A DNA stretch of 64,000 bases from Candidatus Hydrogenedentota bacterium. GTDB taxonomy: Bacteria; Hydrogenedentota; Hydrogenedentia; Hydrogenedentales; JAEUWI01. A model generated the notes under the pieces. It was not told the origin of the DNA. It worked only from the letters and a program-made list of their open reading frames with translations, and searched no databases. The DNA lies in NCBI GenBank assembly GCA_034669905.1, contig JAXMOL010000016.1:64001-128000 (forward strand), in the 5' to 3' direction. Shown here in pieces: positions 27,210-36,733 of the stretch. A program made the position numbers and the translations under genes. Within the stretch, counting starts at the first letter, position 1. Each line of letters starts with the position of its first letter.

Positions 27210-28256
27210 TTAATGCTCCAACACAACTTTCAAGGATTTCACGGCCGGGTCGGCCTGGGTCTTGAAAGCTTCGTTAAACTGCTCCAAGGCGAAGCGGTGG
27301 GTAATCAGGGGATCGGGATTAATCTTCCCCGTTTCAATCAGGCGGATGGCCTCTTCATAATCACGGCGCACGGAACTGTTGGCGCCGTGGAGATGAAGTT
27401 CCCGATAGTGAATCGCGTTGAGGTCGATGGATTCGCAGGGGTCCTGTTTGGACATGCCCGCGAAGATCGAAAGGTGCCCGCCCATGGCCAGAAGCTCCAT
27501 GCCCAGGGGCACGAGTTCCTTGGCGGAGGCCGGCACGACCACGCCATCCACGCCCAGGCCGTCGGTGTTTTCTTTCATCCATTTGATGGGGTCCGTCGTG
27601 CTGGTGTTCACGAGGTTTTCGAAGGGCAGGCCAAGTTCCTTGATGAGGTCGAGTCGCCCCTGAGAGCGATTCATGATGGTGACCGTCTCCGCACCCCAGG
27701 CCTTGGCGACGAGCCCATTGAGCACGCCGATGATGCCGCCGCTCAACACGACCACATGCTTCATCTCTTCAAAGGGAAAGAATCGCAGGCCGTTGACGCA
27801 GCAACTGATGGGCTCGAGCAGGGTCGCCACTTCGGCGCTCATGGAGTCGGGAATGGGAATGAGACAGCCCTGGTCCACACCCTCTTTGGGCATGACCATG
27901 TAGTCGGCAAAGCCACCATTCCAGGCATAGCCAATGGCCTTGAAGCCCTTGAGGCAGCGTATCTGGTGGTGGGCCTTGCAGGGAGCGCATTCGCCGCAAC
28001 CGATAACGGTCTGGACGGCGTAGCGCTGTCCTACTTCGATGCCCGACAGGCCGTCGCCCAGGGCTTCCACGGTGCCCGCGAGTTCATGGCCGATGATGTT
28101 CACGGAAACGGGCTTCTCTCCCCGGAGTACCCGCTGGTCTGTGCCGCAAAGGGCACTGGCGTCTACTTTGAGGAGCACCTCGCCCGCCTGGGGCGAAGGC
28201 TTTTCTACGTCTTGTACTTCAATCACGCCCGGGGCGGTGATGACAGCTGCTTTCAT
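27210..28256 (-). CDS. zinc-dependent (sugar/polyol) dehydrogenase
   Basis: CGTD, GHE.AG, CGECAPC...C, EP.SC; start MKAAV. Confidence 0.92.
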   Translation of the reverse strand: MKAAVITAPGVIEVQDVEKPSPQAGEVLLKVDASALCGTDQRVLRGEKPVSVNIIGHELAGTVEALGDGLSGIEVGQRYAVQTVIGCGECAPCKAHHQIRCLKGFKAIGYAWNGGFADYMVMPKEGVDQGCLIPIPDSMSAEVATLLEPISCCVNGLRFFPFEEMKHVVVLSGGIIGVLNGLVAKAWGAETVTIMNRSQGRLDLIKELGLPFENLVNTSTTDPIKWMKENTDGLGVDGVVVPASAKELVPLGMELLAMGGHLSIFAGMSKQDPCESIDLNAIHYRELHLHGANSSVRRDYEEAIRLIETGKINPDPLITHRFALEQFNEAFKTQADPAVKSLKVVLEH

Positions 28257-28287
28257 GGTATTTCTTTCAGGGTTATAGGTCAAAAAA

Positions 28288-28416
28288 CGTGCCGCGCGAT
28301 GCCGAGGTACGAGGCTTCGTGCGAAAGTCCCATAAAATGTCGTGGTGCCCACACTTGATCCGAGAATGCTCGTAAAATGGTGCACGAACCTTCGTTCCTC
28401 AGGATCGCGCGGCACG
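28288..28416. repeat. long imperfect inverted repeat inside the operon
   Basis: CGTGCCGCGCGAT..GAGG.ACGAGG.TTCGTGC / GCACGAACCTTCGT.CCTC..ATCGCGCGGCACG. Confidence 0.8.
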
Positions 28417-28432
28417 ACCAAGTCATTTTAGA

Positions 28433-29470
28433 TCAGTCGAAATCAATCATGGCCTTCATGACGCCATCCTGATAACCCGCCACGAGATCAAAGGCGTCCT
28501 TTGTCTTTTCAAAGGGGAAATGGTGGGTCACCATGGTCTCGGCGGGCAGGGTGCCGTCTTCAATCTGGTCCAACGTCAGGCCGGTACATTCATTCTGGCG
28601 GCGCACGTTCTGGAGACAGATTTCCTTGCGGCGCATGAGGTCAATCTGGAAGGAAATCCGGTCCACTTCCGGGATACCAATCATGACCAGCTTGCCGCCC
28701 GGCTTCACCATCAACACCGCCTGGTCTACCGCCTCCTGCTGACCACAACATTCAAAGACATAGTCCAGCAACAGGGGCTCGGCCTCTTCGATGGCCTTCA
28801 CCGCATCGAGCTTATCCACGTTTCCGATCCAATCCGCCCCCGCCTTCTTCGCGAGTTCGAGACGGGCGTCAATCTTGTCGGTCATATAGACCTTGTCGAC
28901 CCCTGCGGCGAGGGCCGGCATGAGCACGCTCAATCCGATGGGACCACTCCCGAGGATGCCGATGCGCTTGCCCTTGAGTTCCCCTGCCAGCTTGCAGGCA
29001 TAGACGCCAATCGCGAGGGGCTCACTCAAGACACCGGCTTCCAAGGTGGTCTCGTCTTTCAACGGGAAGCAACTCGTCTCCGGCATGACGATGAATTCGG
29101 AGAGACTCCCTTCCGCCTGACCGGGACACCCCAGAAAACGGAGCTTGCGGCAGGTGTGGGTGCGGTCCGCCTTGCACTGGTCGCATTCCCAGCAGGGCAT
29201 GGCCGGCTCGATGGCGACGCGGTCCCCCACCTTCACGCGGGTCACGCCCGGCCCCACTTCCGTGATAACGCCGGCACATTCATGGCCCACGGCGAAGGGA
29301 TACTCCACCACCTGGCTGCCGATGCGGCCCGTCGTGTAGTAGTGCACGTCCGAACCACAGACGCCCACGCTGCCCATCTTAATCTTCACATCGGTGGGGG
29401 CTTCGATACAGGGATCGGGCACTTCGCGCATTTCCATCGCACGGATACCCGTCAGAACCATTGCTCGCAT
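28433..29470 (-). CDS. zinc-dependent dehydrogenase (sorbitol/L-iditol DH-like)
   Basis: GVCGSDVHY, GHECAG, CWECDQC...C, GSGPIG. Confidence 0.93.
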   Translation of the reverse strand: MRAMVLTGIRAMEMREVPDPCIEAPTDVKIKMGSVGVCGSDVHYYTTGRIGSQVVEYPFAVGHECAGVITEVGPGVTRVKVGDRVAIEPAMPCWECDQCKADRTHTCRKLRFLGCPGQAEGSLSEFIVMPETSCFPLKDETTLEAGVLSEPLAIGVYACKLAGELKGKRIGILGSGPIGLSVLMPALAAGVDKVYMTDKIDARLELAKKAGADWIGNVDKLDAVKAIEEAEPLLLDYVFECCGQQEAVDQAVLMVKPGGKLVMIGIPEVDRISFQIDLMRRKEICLQNVRRQNECTGLTLDQIEDGTLPAETMVTHHFPFEKTKDAFDLVAGYQDGVMKAMIDFD

Positions 29471-29532
29471 GGGAACACTCCTTTTGGGCGGGCCCGGAGA
29501 CTACCGCCTTGCTTATTTGCTCAGATTCGCTT

Positions 29533-29564
29533 ATTATAGGTCATTACCAATCACTTTTCAATCA
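29533..29564 (-). promoter_or_regulatory. sigma70 promoter with DeoR-type direct repeats
   Basis: Minus strand TTGAAA-N17-TATAAT; TGATTG twice at 11-bp spacing over the -35. Confidence 0.7.
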
Positions 29565-29638
29565 TATTCAGGCGCCGACTTCGTCCCGATGGGATTCTAA
29601 CGCCTTTGTTATTAGTTTGTTAGGAAACACGCTTCAAA

Positions 29639-30424
29639 ATGATTCCTTTGGAACGGCACGAGCGCATTCTGGAGCATCTCAACGCCCATCGCTTCCTCAA
29701 TGTAGAGCAGGCCATTGCCCTGTTGGGTGCCAGTGCGGCCACGATTCGACGGGATTTTAACGAGCTCGCCGAGCAGGGCCTGGCCCTCCGCACCCGGGGC
29801 GGATTGCGCCGTCTTGAGCAGGTGGAAGACGGGGCGCTGCCCTACGCCTTCCGGGCAGGGCGGCACGCCGAAGAGAAAGCAGTCATCGCGCGGAAAGCCA
29901 TGGCCCTCCTCCAACCCGGTGCCGTGGTCTTCGTGGATGGCGGCACCACGACCCACCATCTCGCCCACTACATCCCTGATTTCCCCCTGACCCTAATCAC
30001 CAACAGCCTGCGCCTCGCCGCCACCCTGGGTGAGCGGCACGCCCAATCCAGCGATCTGCGGGTGGTCTTATCGGGCGGCACCCTCCACCCGGAAGCGGGA
30101 TTGCTGGTGGGCCCCCAGTGTACCCAGACCCTCGCCGAATACCGGGCCGACTGGGCCTTTATTTCGCCCGGTGGTATTGACGCCGAAGGCATCTACAACA
30201 CCAATGAAGATGCAGCGGCCAGTGAGCGGGTCATGATGTCCCAGGCGGCCCAGGTGGCCGTGTTGGCCGATCCCGGCAAGCTCAACCGGGCCTCCATGTG
30301 TCGGGTGTCGGGCCTGGATGCCTTCCACGTATTGCTCACGGCCCAGCCCCTCCCCGCCGGGCCACTCCGGGATGGCCTGAACGAAGCGGACGTCGCGATT
30401 GCTGCGCCGACGCCTGTGGGCTGA
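29639..30424 (+). CDS. DeoR/GlpR family transcriptional regulator
   Basis: ER...IL, S.ATIRRD..EL, RTRGG, DGGTT, ITNS. Confidence 0.93.
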   Translation: MIPLERHERILEHLNAHRFLNVEQAIALLGASAATIRRDFNELAEQGLALRTRGGLRRLEQVEDGALPYAFRAGRHAEEKAVIARKAMALLQPGAVVFVDGGTTTHHLAHYIPDFPLTLITNSLRLAATLGERHAQSSDLRVVLSGGTLHPEAGLLVGPQCTQTLAEYRADWAFISPGGIDAEGIYNTNEDAAASERVMMSQAAQVAVLADPGKLNRASMCRVSGLDAFHVLLTAQPLPAGPLRDGLNEADVAIAAPTPVG

Positions 30425-30570
30425 GGTAGTCGCCCCGACCCAAAACCATTGCTTCTGTGCCATGTCGAAGACGCGCCGCAGGATGGCCATACCGAGTTCC
30501 ACGAGGTTTCTGTCCCGTTCTTCTATTTCCGTTCTGCGGAAGTACTCGGAGAGTTGGCGCAGGCTATGGG

Positions 30571-31085
30571 GCGGGCCTTCAGCCCTTGAGTGCTGGTACG
30601 GTCCCGGTTCATGGGCCGTTGACCCATGCTGGTATGTTGACGGGCCTTCGGCCCTCCTGAATGCCAGTGGGAGTCCTAAACATCAAGGGCAAACCACCGG
30701 CTCTGTCGGGGAGAATTCATCAGGCCCCGTCGTCCCCCCGTATTATGTTTTTTCGTGCCGCGTAACAATCTTGCAAAAACACAGCTCCACCACACGAAGC
30801 TCACGTCATTCCCGAAAAGGCGGGAATCCAGTGCGTTTGGCGGTTGTCCTGGATGAATTTCTGGATCCCCGCCTTCGCGGGGATGACGGAAATATTACAG
30901 GTTCGAGGTGGACGGTCTAAGCGGCGCAAACGATAGAGCCTCTTTCTGGGGCCTTGCTCATGCCCCCCAAGTCGCCTGATGGGCGCTGATTGCCATCGCA
31001 TGAGCGCCAACGGCGCGGTACCATACCAGCCCAGGCCGAAGGCCTGGGTAAACGGATTTTTTTCTTCCCAGGGCTGAAAGCCCGC
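30571..31085. mobile_element. non-autonomous palindrome-ended element (multi-hairpin arms), copy 1
   Basis: Arms 30571-30655 and 31003-31085 are inverted copies built from GGGC(T/C)TTCAGCCC, CCA(T/G)G..C(C/A)TGG and CTGGTATG motifs; no transposase inside. Confidence 0.65.
30804..30888. repeat. CGTC-tagged REP doublet, copy 3 (nested)
   Basis: CGTCATTCCCGAAAAGGCGGGAATCCAG...CTGGATCCCCGCCTTCGCGGGGATGACG. Confidence 0.9.
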
Positions 31086-31341
31086 AACATGTTTTCGTGG
31101 TAGTCCTTAGAGTCGGGTGTTCTTGCCGTCTCCTCCAACGAAATACAGCGTTACGGCGTATACATGGCACGGCAGTGTGTTGTTTGATGTTTCCAAGAAT
31201 TTTCTCACCGTGTAGATGCGCCACGCTTCGACGAGCGGTGGAGTTGGGCAGCAGGCACGATGGCTACTTGCGCCCCGACGCCACCTCGCTCTACAATGCC
31301 CTTTCCATCAGGCAATCCCCAATACAAGGAAGCAATACGCC

Positions 31342-32277
31342 ATGTCTACTACTCCCCTTTCTTCCCGTCGCGGCTTTTTCAAGACCGCCGGTCTCGGGCT
31401 CGGTGCCGCCGTCGGCACTGCCACCACCTCCGCCTTTGCTGCTGCGCCCCTGCCCCGCAACGGCCAATCCCACATGAAATTGAGCGTGGCCGCCTACTCG
31501 TTCAACAAGATGCTCGCTAAGCGCGGCACGCCGGAAGAGATCGCGAAGGCCGGGATGAGCCTCAACGACGTGGTCGATTTTGCGGCGAAGCAGAATCTGG
31601 ACGGCGTCGAGCTGACCAGCTACTACTTCCCCAAAGAGGTGACCAACGAGTACCTCATGGGCCTCAAGCAGCAGTGCTTCCGTCTTGGACTCGACGTTTC
31701 CGGCACGGCCATCGGCAATGACTTCTGCCACGGCCCCGGTGCGGAACGGGACGAGCAGCTCGCCCTGACCCGTGAATGGATTGACTACGCCGCCCTCGTG
31801 GGTGCGCCGGTCATTCGCATTTTTGCGGGCAAGGTCAAGTCGGGCAGCGACGAATCGCAGGCCCTGAAGAACTGCATCGACGGCATCAATGAATCCCTCG
31901 ACTATGCCGCAACGAAAGGCGTTTTCCTGGCCCTCGAAAATCACGGCGGTATCACGGCCACGCCGAAGCAGATGATGCGTATCATCGAAGGGGTCAACGA
32001 TTCCCCCTGGTTTGGGGTGAACCTCGACGGTGGCAACTTCAACACGGACGATCCCTACCGCGACCTGGCCGTCATTGCACCCTACGCCATTAACGCTCAG
32101 ATCAAAGTCGCCATCCGGAAGAATGGCGTGAAGGAAGAAGCCGACTTCGCCCGCATCATCGGCATCCTGAAAGACGCCAACTACCGGGGCTACATCGTGC
32201 TCGAATATGAAGAGGCCGATCCCATGGGAGAAATTCCCAAACACCTCGACGCCCTGCGCGAACTGCTCGTGCGCTAG
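31342..32277 (+). CDS. Tat-exported sugar phosphate isomerase/epimerase (xylose isomerase-like TIM barrel)
   Basis: SRRGFFK signal; LENHGG, NLD.GNF, YRGYIVLEYE. Confidence 0.9.
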   Translation: MSTTPLSSRRGFFKTAGLGLGAAVGTATTSAFAAAPLPRNGQSHMKLSVAAYSFNKMLAKRGTPEEIAKAGMSLNDVVDFAAKQNLDGVELTSYYFPKEVTNEYLMGLKQQCFRLGLDVSGTAIGNDFCHGPGAERDEQLALTREWIDYAALVGAPVIRIFAGKVKSGSDESQALKNCIDGINESLDYAATKGVFLALENHGGITATPKQMMRIIEGVNDSPWFGVNLDGGNFNTDDPYRDLAVIAPYAINAQIKVAIRKNGVKEEADFARIIGILKDANYRGYIVLEYEEADPMGEIPKHLDALRELLVR

Positions 32278-32374
32278 TGGCCTGATTTGAGCAGATGGGA
32301 CATTATAGATCGCCGTCTTACGGGTCAGATATAGGTTTGGGAACCGATATGGGTTCCAGCGACGTTCTATGAGA

Positions 32375-32572
32375 CGGGCTTTCAGCCCTCTGTGGATGAA
32401 AGAGTCCGAAAACATGGGGCATCGCCCCATGCTGGTATGTAGCCAGGCCGTTGGCCCTAAAAAATGGAAACTGCAAAGGCGATTTGTTCAGCGCCAAAGG
32501 CGCGCCCCCTATCAGCCTGGGGCGAAGCCCCAGGAATACGAACAAGCAATTATGGACAGGGCTGAAAGCCCG
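32375..32572. mobile_element. non-autonomous palindrome-ended element, copy 2
   Basis: Same arms as 30571-31085 with only about 30 bp between them. Confidence 0.7.
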
Positions 32573-32687
32573 ATTCATTTTATGAAAGAATAAAAGCCTT
32601 CAACTACGATTCAGACCACTAGTAATTCGGGGTGCTCCAATCGGGCCACTACGTTTAACGCGATAGCCTCCCGTGCTTTCAGATACT

Positions 32688-32769
32688 ACTCCCCTCCCTG
32701 GAGGGGCTGGGGGTGGGTCAAGTCATCACGTGAATTCTGACCCACCCCTAACCCCTCCGAGGAGGGGAA
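32688..32769. repeat. CCCCTCC/GGAGGGG REP doublet
   Basis: TCCCCTCCCTGGAGGGGCTGGGGGTGGGTCA...TGACCCACCCCTAACCCCTCCGAGGAGGGGA. Confidence 0.85.
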
Positions 32770-32818
32770 CAAACGGCGCGTCATCAGACCGCCGTTGGCA
32801 ATGCAGATTCCCGGTTTT

Positions 32819-33199
32819 TCAGTCAGAACGCTCGTCGTCGTTTTCTTCGGCCGCCTCACGCTCAATGCGCTTGGGGCGGCCTTTCTTGTCGACTGCCACA
32901 AAGGTCCCGGTGGTCTGGAAGACTACCGTCTCTCCGACCCGACCTTCCACATCAAAGGTGATGCTGGTGCGCCCCACATGGGGATTACCCGCAAAAAAGT
33001 CGACCCGATCCCGTTCGCGAACGGGATGGCGGAAGAGAATTTCGGTGAATTTCAGGGTGACCATACGCGGCGCGCCCGTATAGACGTGGGCATAGATCCC
33101 GGCCGCCTCGTCCATCCAGGCCATCATGGTGCCGCCAAAGAGATTGCCGCCGACGCCGAGGTCGCGGGTCATGCAAATGTGGGAAGTTACACGTTCCAA
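32819..33199 (-). CDS. acyl-CoA thioesterase (hotdog fold)
   Basis: GNLFGG.MM.WMDEAA, VGRTSI, FVAVD..GRP. Confidence 0.9.
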   Translation of the reverse strand: MERVTSHICMTRDLGVGGNLFGGTMMAWMDEAAGIYAHVYTGAPRMVTLKFTEILFRHPVRERDRVDFFAGNPHVGRTSITFDVEGRVGETVVFQTTGTFVAVDKKGRPKRIEREAAEENDDERSD

Positions 33200-33292
33200 G
33201 AGGGATACTCCAAGGTAATGCTTGCGGATTTCGACGGGGTTCTCAAGCGAACCCGCCTCGCGCCCCGAGGTGCCCCTGCTGCCGTGTGTCCC

Positions 33293-34126
33293 TTACGGCT
33301 GCCCCACCACCAACGCCTCAACCGACTGTACGATGACCGGATCGAGGCCTATTCCCAGCGACTGACACCGGGACGCCGCCACCTGGGCCGCCGCACCGTC
33401 ACCCGCCGCCACATAGGCCGAGACCAGCCCCTGATTCACCGACGCATTTTCGGGCACCAGGGTGCGGGCACGTTCCCACGTGGCAATGGCCTGGTCTACT
33501 TGCTTCAAGCTGAAATAACAATAGCCCATGCGGTAGGTATTGGCCGCCACGTCCCGGTCGGCCTCAATAAGCGTTGTATAGACCGGGATCGCTTCCGCGT
33601 ACGCTTCCAGCCCATAGAGCAGGGCCACGTAGGCATCGGCGTAGTCCAGGTTGTTGGGCTCCAGGGCATAGAGCTTTTCATAGCACCACCGCATGCGGTC
33701 CCAATCTTCCATCAACTCCGAAACGATGGCCAGGTTGCTCAGGGTCTGCTTGTCGGCGGGGTTAATATCAATGGCCCGGGCATAGGCGCCGGTGGCCGCT
33801 TTCAGGTTCCCCATCTTCCGCAGGGTCAGCCCCAGGTTGGCATAGGCATCGGCATAATCGGGCTTGAGTTGGACCGCCTTCTGATAGGCCACATAGGCAT
33901 CCTGGTTACGCCCCATATCCAACAGCGCATTTCCCAAACGATAGAAGAGCTCGGGATTCTCCGGGGATTTTGCCACCTCGCCCTGATAATGACGGACCCG
34001 CTCCGCGACCCCCTGCGCTTCGGGATTATAGACTTCTTCCTCGTCGGGAGTCGTCTGGCAGGCACTCAGAATCAGCAAACAGAGACCCAGCACCAGTGGA
34101 TAGCGTATCGAATAAACAGTCCCCAT
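33293..34126 (-). CDS. TPR lipoprotein
   Basis: LSAC lipobox; several TPR units (AY.NLG..L...G...A). Confidence 0.9.
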   Translation of the reverse strand: MGTVYSIRYPLVLGLCLLILSACQTTPDEEEVYNPEAQGVAERVRHYQGEVAKSPENPELFYRLGNALLDMGRNQDAYVAYQKAVQLKPDYADAYANLGLTLRKMGNLKAATGAYARAIDINPADKQTLSNLAIVSELMEDWDRMRWCYEKLYALEPNNLDYADAYVALLYGLEAYAEAIPVYTTLIEADRDVAANTYRMGYCYFSLKQVDQAIATWERARTLVPENASVNQGLVSAYVAAGDGAAAQVAASRCQSLGIGLDPVIVQSVEALVVGQP

Positions 34127-34302
34127 GGGGCCCCTTTCTGTGTGGCGTTGTGCGTATCAGCTAGACATGGAAACGCACCGGATTATATCATAGGGGGAAC
34201 TTCCCGCCGGTATTTTGGATTAGGTTTCCACAACCATGCCCCAACACTACCGGCAGCCCCGGCACCGTAAGACTCCCGTGCCACACCAAAGCAGGACTAT
34301 TC

Positions 34303-35319
34303 ATGAGCAATCCCCATGTCGCCGTCTTTATGGGCGGACGCAGTGAAGAACACGACGTATCCCTCCGCTCCGGAGCGGGTGTCGTCAAGGCCCTCCAGGC
34401 CGAATCCTACACGGTCAGTACCGTGGTCATCGGCCGCGACGGGCAGTGGAAAATCAACGATGACGCCCCCGCTGCGCCGTCTTCCGCCATCGCTGCCCTC
34501 GACGGCATGGATATCGCCTGCGCCTTCGTCGCCCTCCACGGGCCCTACGGCGAAGATGGTCGTATTCAGGGGCTCTTCGATATGATCGACATGGCCTATA
34601 CGGGCTCCAACTGCTCCGCCAGCGCCCTCGCCATGGACAAGGTCCGGTGTAAGGCCGTGGTCTCCGCCCAGGGCATCCGCGTCGCCGGCCATTTGGGACT
34701 GGACCGCCCCACCTGGGCCATCGACTCGGGCCAGGTGATGGAAGTAGTGGAAAAAGACATCGGCTTCCCCTGTGTCATCAAGGCGGTCTCCCAGGGCTCC
34801 AGCAAGGGCATTGCCATCTGCCAGAGCATCCTCACCTTTCGCCAGGACATGGAACGCATCCTGGATGTGGAAGACTATGTCATGGTGGAAGCCTTCGTGA
34901 AGGGCACGGAAGTCACCTGCTCCGTGCTGGATGCCGATGCCAGCGGCCGCATGCGCCCCTTACCCGTCACGGAAATCTGCCCCAAGACATCGTCTTTCTT
35001 CGACTATGAGGCCAAGTACACCCCCGGTGCCACCGACGAGATTACGCCGGCACGCATCGCCCCCGACATGACCGACCTGGTCATGGACATGGCCGTCCAT
35101 GTGCATGAGGTGGTGGGGTGTAGCGGCTGGAGCCGCAGTGACTTTATCATCGACGACGACGGTCCGGTCTGGATTGAGGTCAACACCATTCCCGGATTGA
35201 CCGAGACATCCCTGTTCCCCCAGGCCGCCGAAGCGGCGGGCATCAGCTATAATAAACTGATCGTCGCCCTCGTGGACGATGCCATACGGCGTGACGAAAT
35301 TAAAAAAGGCCGGGTTTAG
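34303..35319 (+). CDS. ddl: D-alanine--D-alanine ligase
   Basis: GGRSEEHDVSL.S, LHGPYGEDG, GSS.G, FDYEAKY, EVNTIPG. Confidence 0.96.
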   Translation: MSNPHVAVFMGGRSEEHDVSLRSGAGVVKALQAESYTVSTVVIGRDGQWKINDDAPAAPSSAIAALDGMDIACAFVALHGPYGEDGRIQGLFDMIDMAYTGSNCSASALAMDKVRCKAVVSAQGIRVAGHLGLDRPTWAIDSGQVMEVVEKDIGFPCVIKAVSQGSSKGIAICQSILTFRQDMERILDVEDYVMVEAFVKGTEVTCSVLDADASGRMRPLPVTEICPKTSSFFDYEAKYTPGATDEITPARIAPDMTDLVMDMAVHVHEVVGCSGWSRSDFIIDDDGPVWIEVNTIPGLTETSLFPQAAEAAGISYNKLIVALVDDAIRRDEIKKGRV

Positions 35320-35383
35320 TGGTTTGATTATAGGTATAGAGGAGTTTCTTTTGCCAAAGTAGTTCATTCAACCCGCCGAACAA

Positions 35384-35465
35384 TTCCCCTCCTGGGAGGG
35401 GTCAGGGGTGGGTTTGCGACGCTTTTTGTGACATGACCCACCCCCAGCCCCTCCAAGGAGGAGAG
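35384..35465. repeat. CCCCTCC/GGAGGGG REP doublet
   Basis: TTCCCCTCCTGGGAGGGGTCAGGGGTGGGT...ACCCACCCCCAGCCCCTCCAAGGAGGAGAG. Confidence 0.85.
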
Positions 35466-35585
35466 TATATTTTAGAATTGGGTCCATTCTTCTCAGCAAC
35501 TTAATGGCCCATTGGCATGATTCAGAGCACTAGCCCCCAAGCCCCCTGTCCCCCAATGTACGAATTCAAGAGAAAGTAATTCACC

Positions 35586-36437
35586 ATGAGCATTCACTTC
35601 ACCAAACTCCACGGCCTGGGCAATGACTACCACTTCATCGAAGCCGACAAGTACCCCGGCGTCGATTGGCCCGAGCTTTCCCGGCAGATGAGCCACCGCC
35701 ACCTGGGTGCAGGTTCGGACGGCATTATCCTCATCGAGCCCGGTAAAGAACACGACTTCGCCATGCGGATCTTCAATGCCGACGGCAGCGAAGCCGAAAC
35801 CTGTGGCAATGGCATCCGCTGCTTCGCCAAGTATGTCTTCGAGCGGGGCCTGACGGACAAGACCGAGTTTGTCATCGAAACCCTGGCCGGTCCCAACGGC
35901 GTGGTCTTAAAGGTGGAAGACAAGACGGTGGTCTCGGTGCGCTCTAACATGGGCAAGCCCAAGTTTGAGCGGGCCGAAATCCCCATGCTCGGTGCTCCCG
36001 GCGAGGTGAAGGAAGAAGCCCTCGAAGTCGGCGGCACGACCATGCACGTCACCTGCGCCAACATCGGCAACCCCCACGCCGTTTTCTTTGTCGAAGATGC
36101 CACGGCCATCAACCTGACCGATATCGGACCCAAGGTCGAACAACACCCCAGCTTTCCCGAGCGCACCAATGTGGAATTCGTCAACGTCATCGACCGCGAC
36201 AATATCGTCATGCGCATCTGGGAACGGGGCAGTGGCATCACCATGGCCAGCGGCAGTGGCTCCTGCGGGGCCTCCCTCGCCGCCATGATTACCGACCGGG
36301 TCAACCGCCGGGTCAACGTCCACCTGGTGTTTGGGGTCTTGACCATCGAATGGGCCGAAGACGGCTGTGTCTACCAGGAAGGCCCCGCGACGGAAGCCTA
36401 CAGTGGCACCTGGGATCACGAAATCCCCATGGTCTAG
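35586..36437 (+). CDS. dapF: diaminopimelate epimerase (second catalytic Cys replaced by Ser)
   Basis: K.HGLGND, NADGSEAETCGNG.RC, GNPH, TNVEF, WERGSG.TMASGSG. Confidence 0.9.
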   Translation: MSIHFTKLHGLGNDYHFIEADKYPGVDWPELSRQMSHRHLGAGSDGIILIEPGKEHDFAMRIFNADGSEAETCGNGIRCFAKYVFERGLTDKTEFVIETLAGPNGVVLKVEDKTVVSVRSNMGKPKFERAEIPMLGAPGEVKEEALEVGGTTMHVTCANIGNPHAVFFVEDATAINLTDIGPKVEQHPSFPERTNVEFVNVIDRDNIVMRIWERGSGITMASGSGSCGASLAAMITDRVNRRVNVHLVFGVLTIEWAEDGCVYQEGPATEAYSGTWDHEIPMV

Positions 36438-36468
36438 GGGGCGGAATTGGATCGGAAGGGCACACGCG

Positions 36469-36733
36469 CTCGTTACCACGGTCCTCCGTGGTAATGCCTA
36501 CGGTTCCGCTCCTGCGGGACAGGGTCAGCGAAGTCTTTTCCCACTCGTTACCACGGTCCCCCGTGGTAATGCCTACGGTTCCGCTCCTGCGGGACAGGGT
36601 CAGCGCGGTGGATGTAGGTTGCCGAGGCCGACCGGCCGGGATCCCTCGCCTTCGGCGTTGCCGCAGTAGCGGCAAGGTCTGCATTCCTACGGAGGACCGT
36701 AGGAACGAGCTCGTTTCCCACTCGTTACCACGG
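36469..36733. repeat. CTCGTT-tagged REP cluster: two direct copies, one inverted, one partial
   Basis: 62-bp unit at 36469 and 36544 (75-bp period), inverted unit 36660-36709, fragment to 36733. Confidence 0.9.

Noticed and set aside
30421..30570. Minus-strand gene remnant (PHSLRQLSEYF...), tyrosine-recombinase-like HSLR
   Set aside because: Too short, no start codon, and no other recombinase motifs
36469..36733. Possible CRISPR array
   Set aside because: Only two direct 62-bp units with a 13-bp linker plus an inverted copy; no unique ~30-bp spacers and no cas genes
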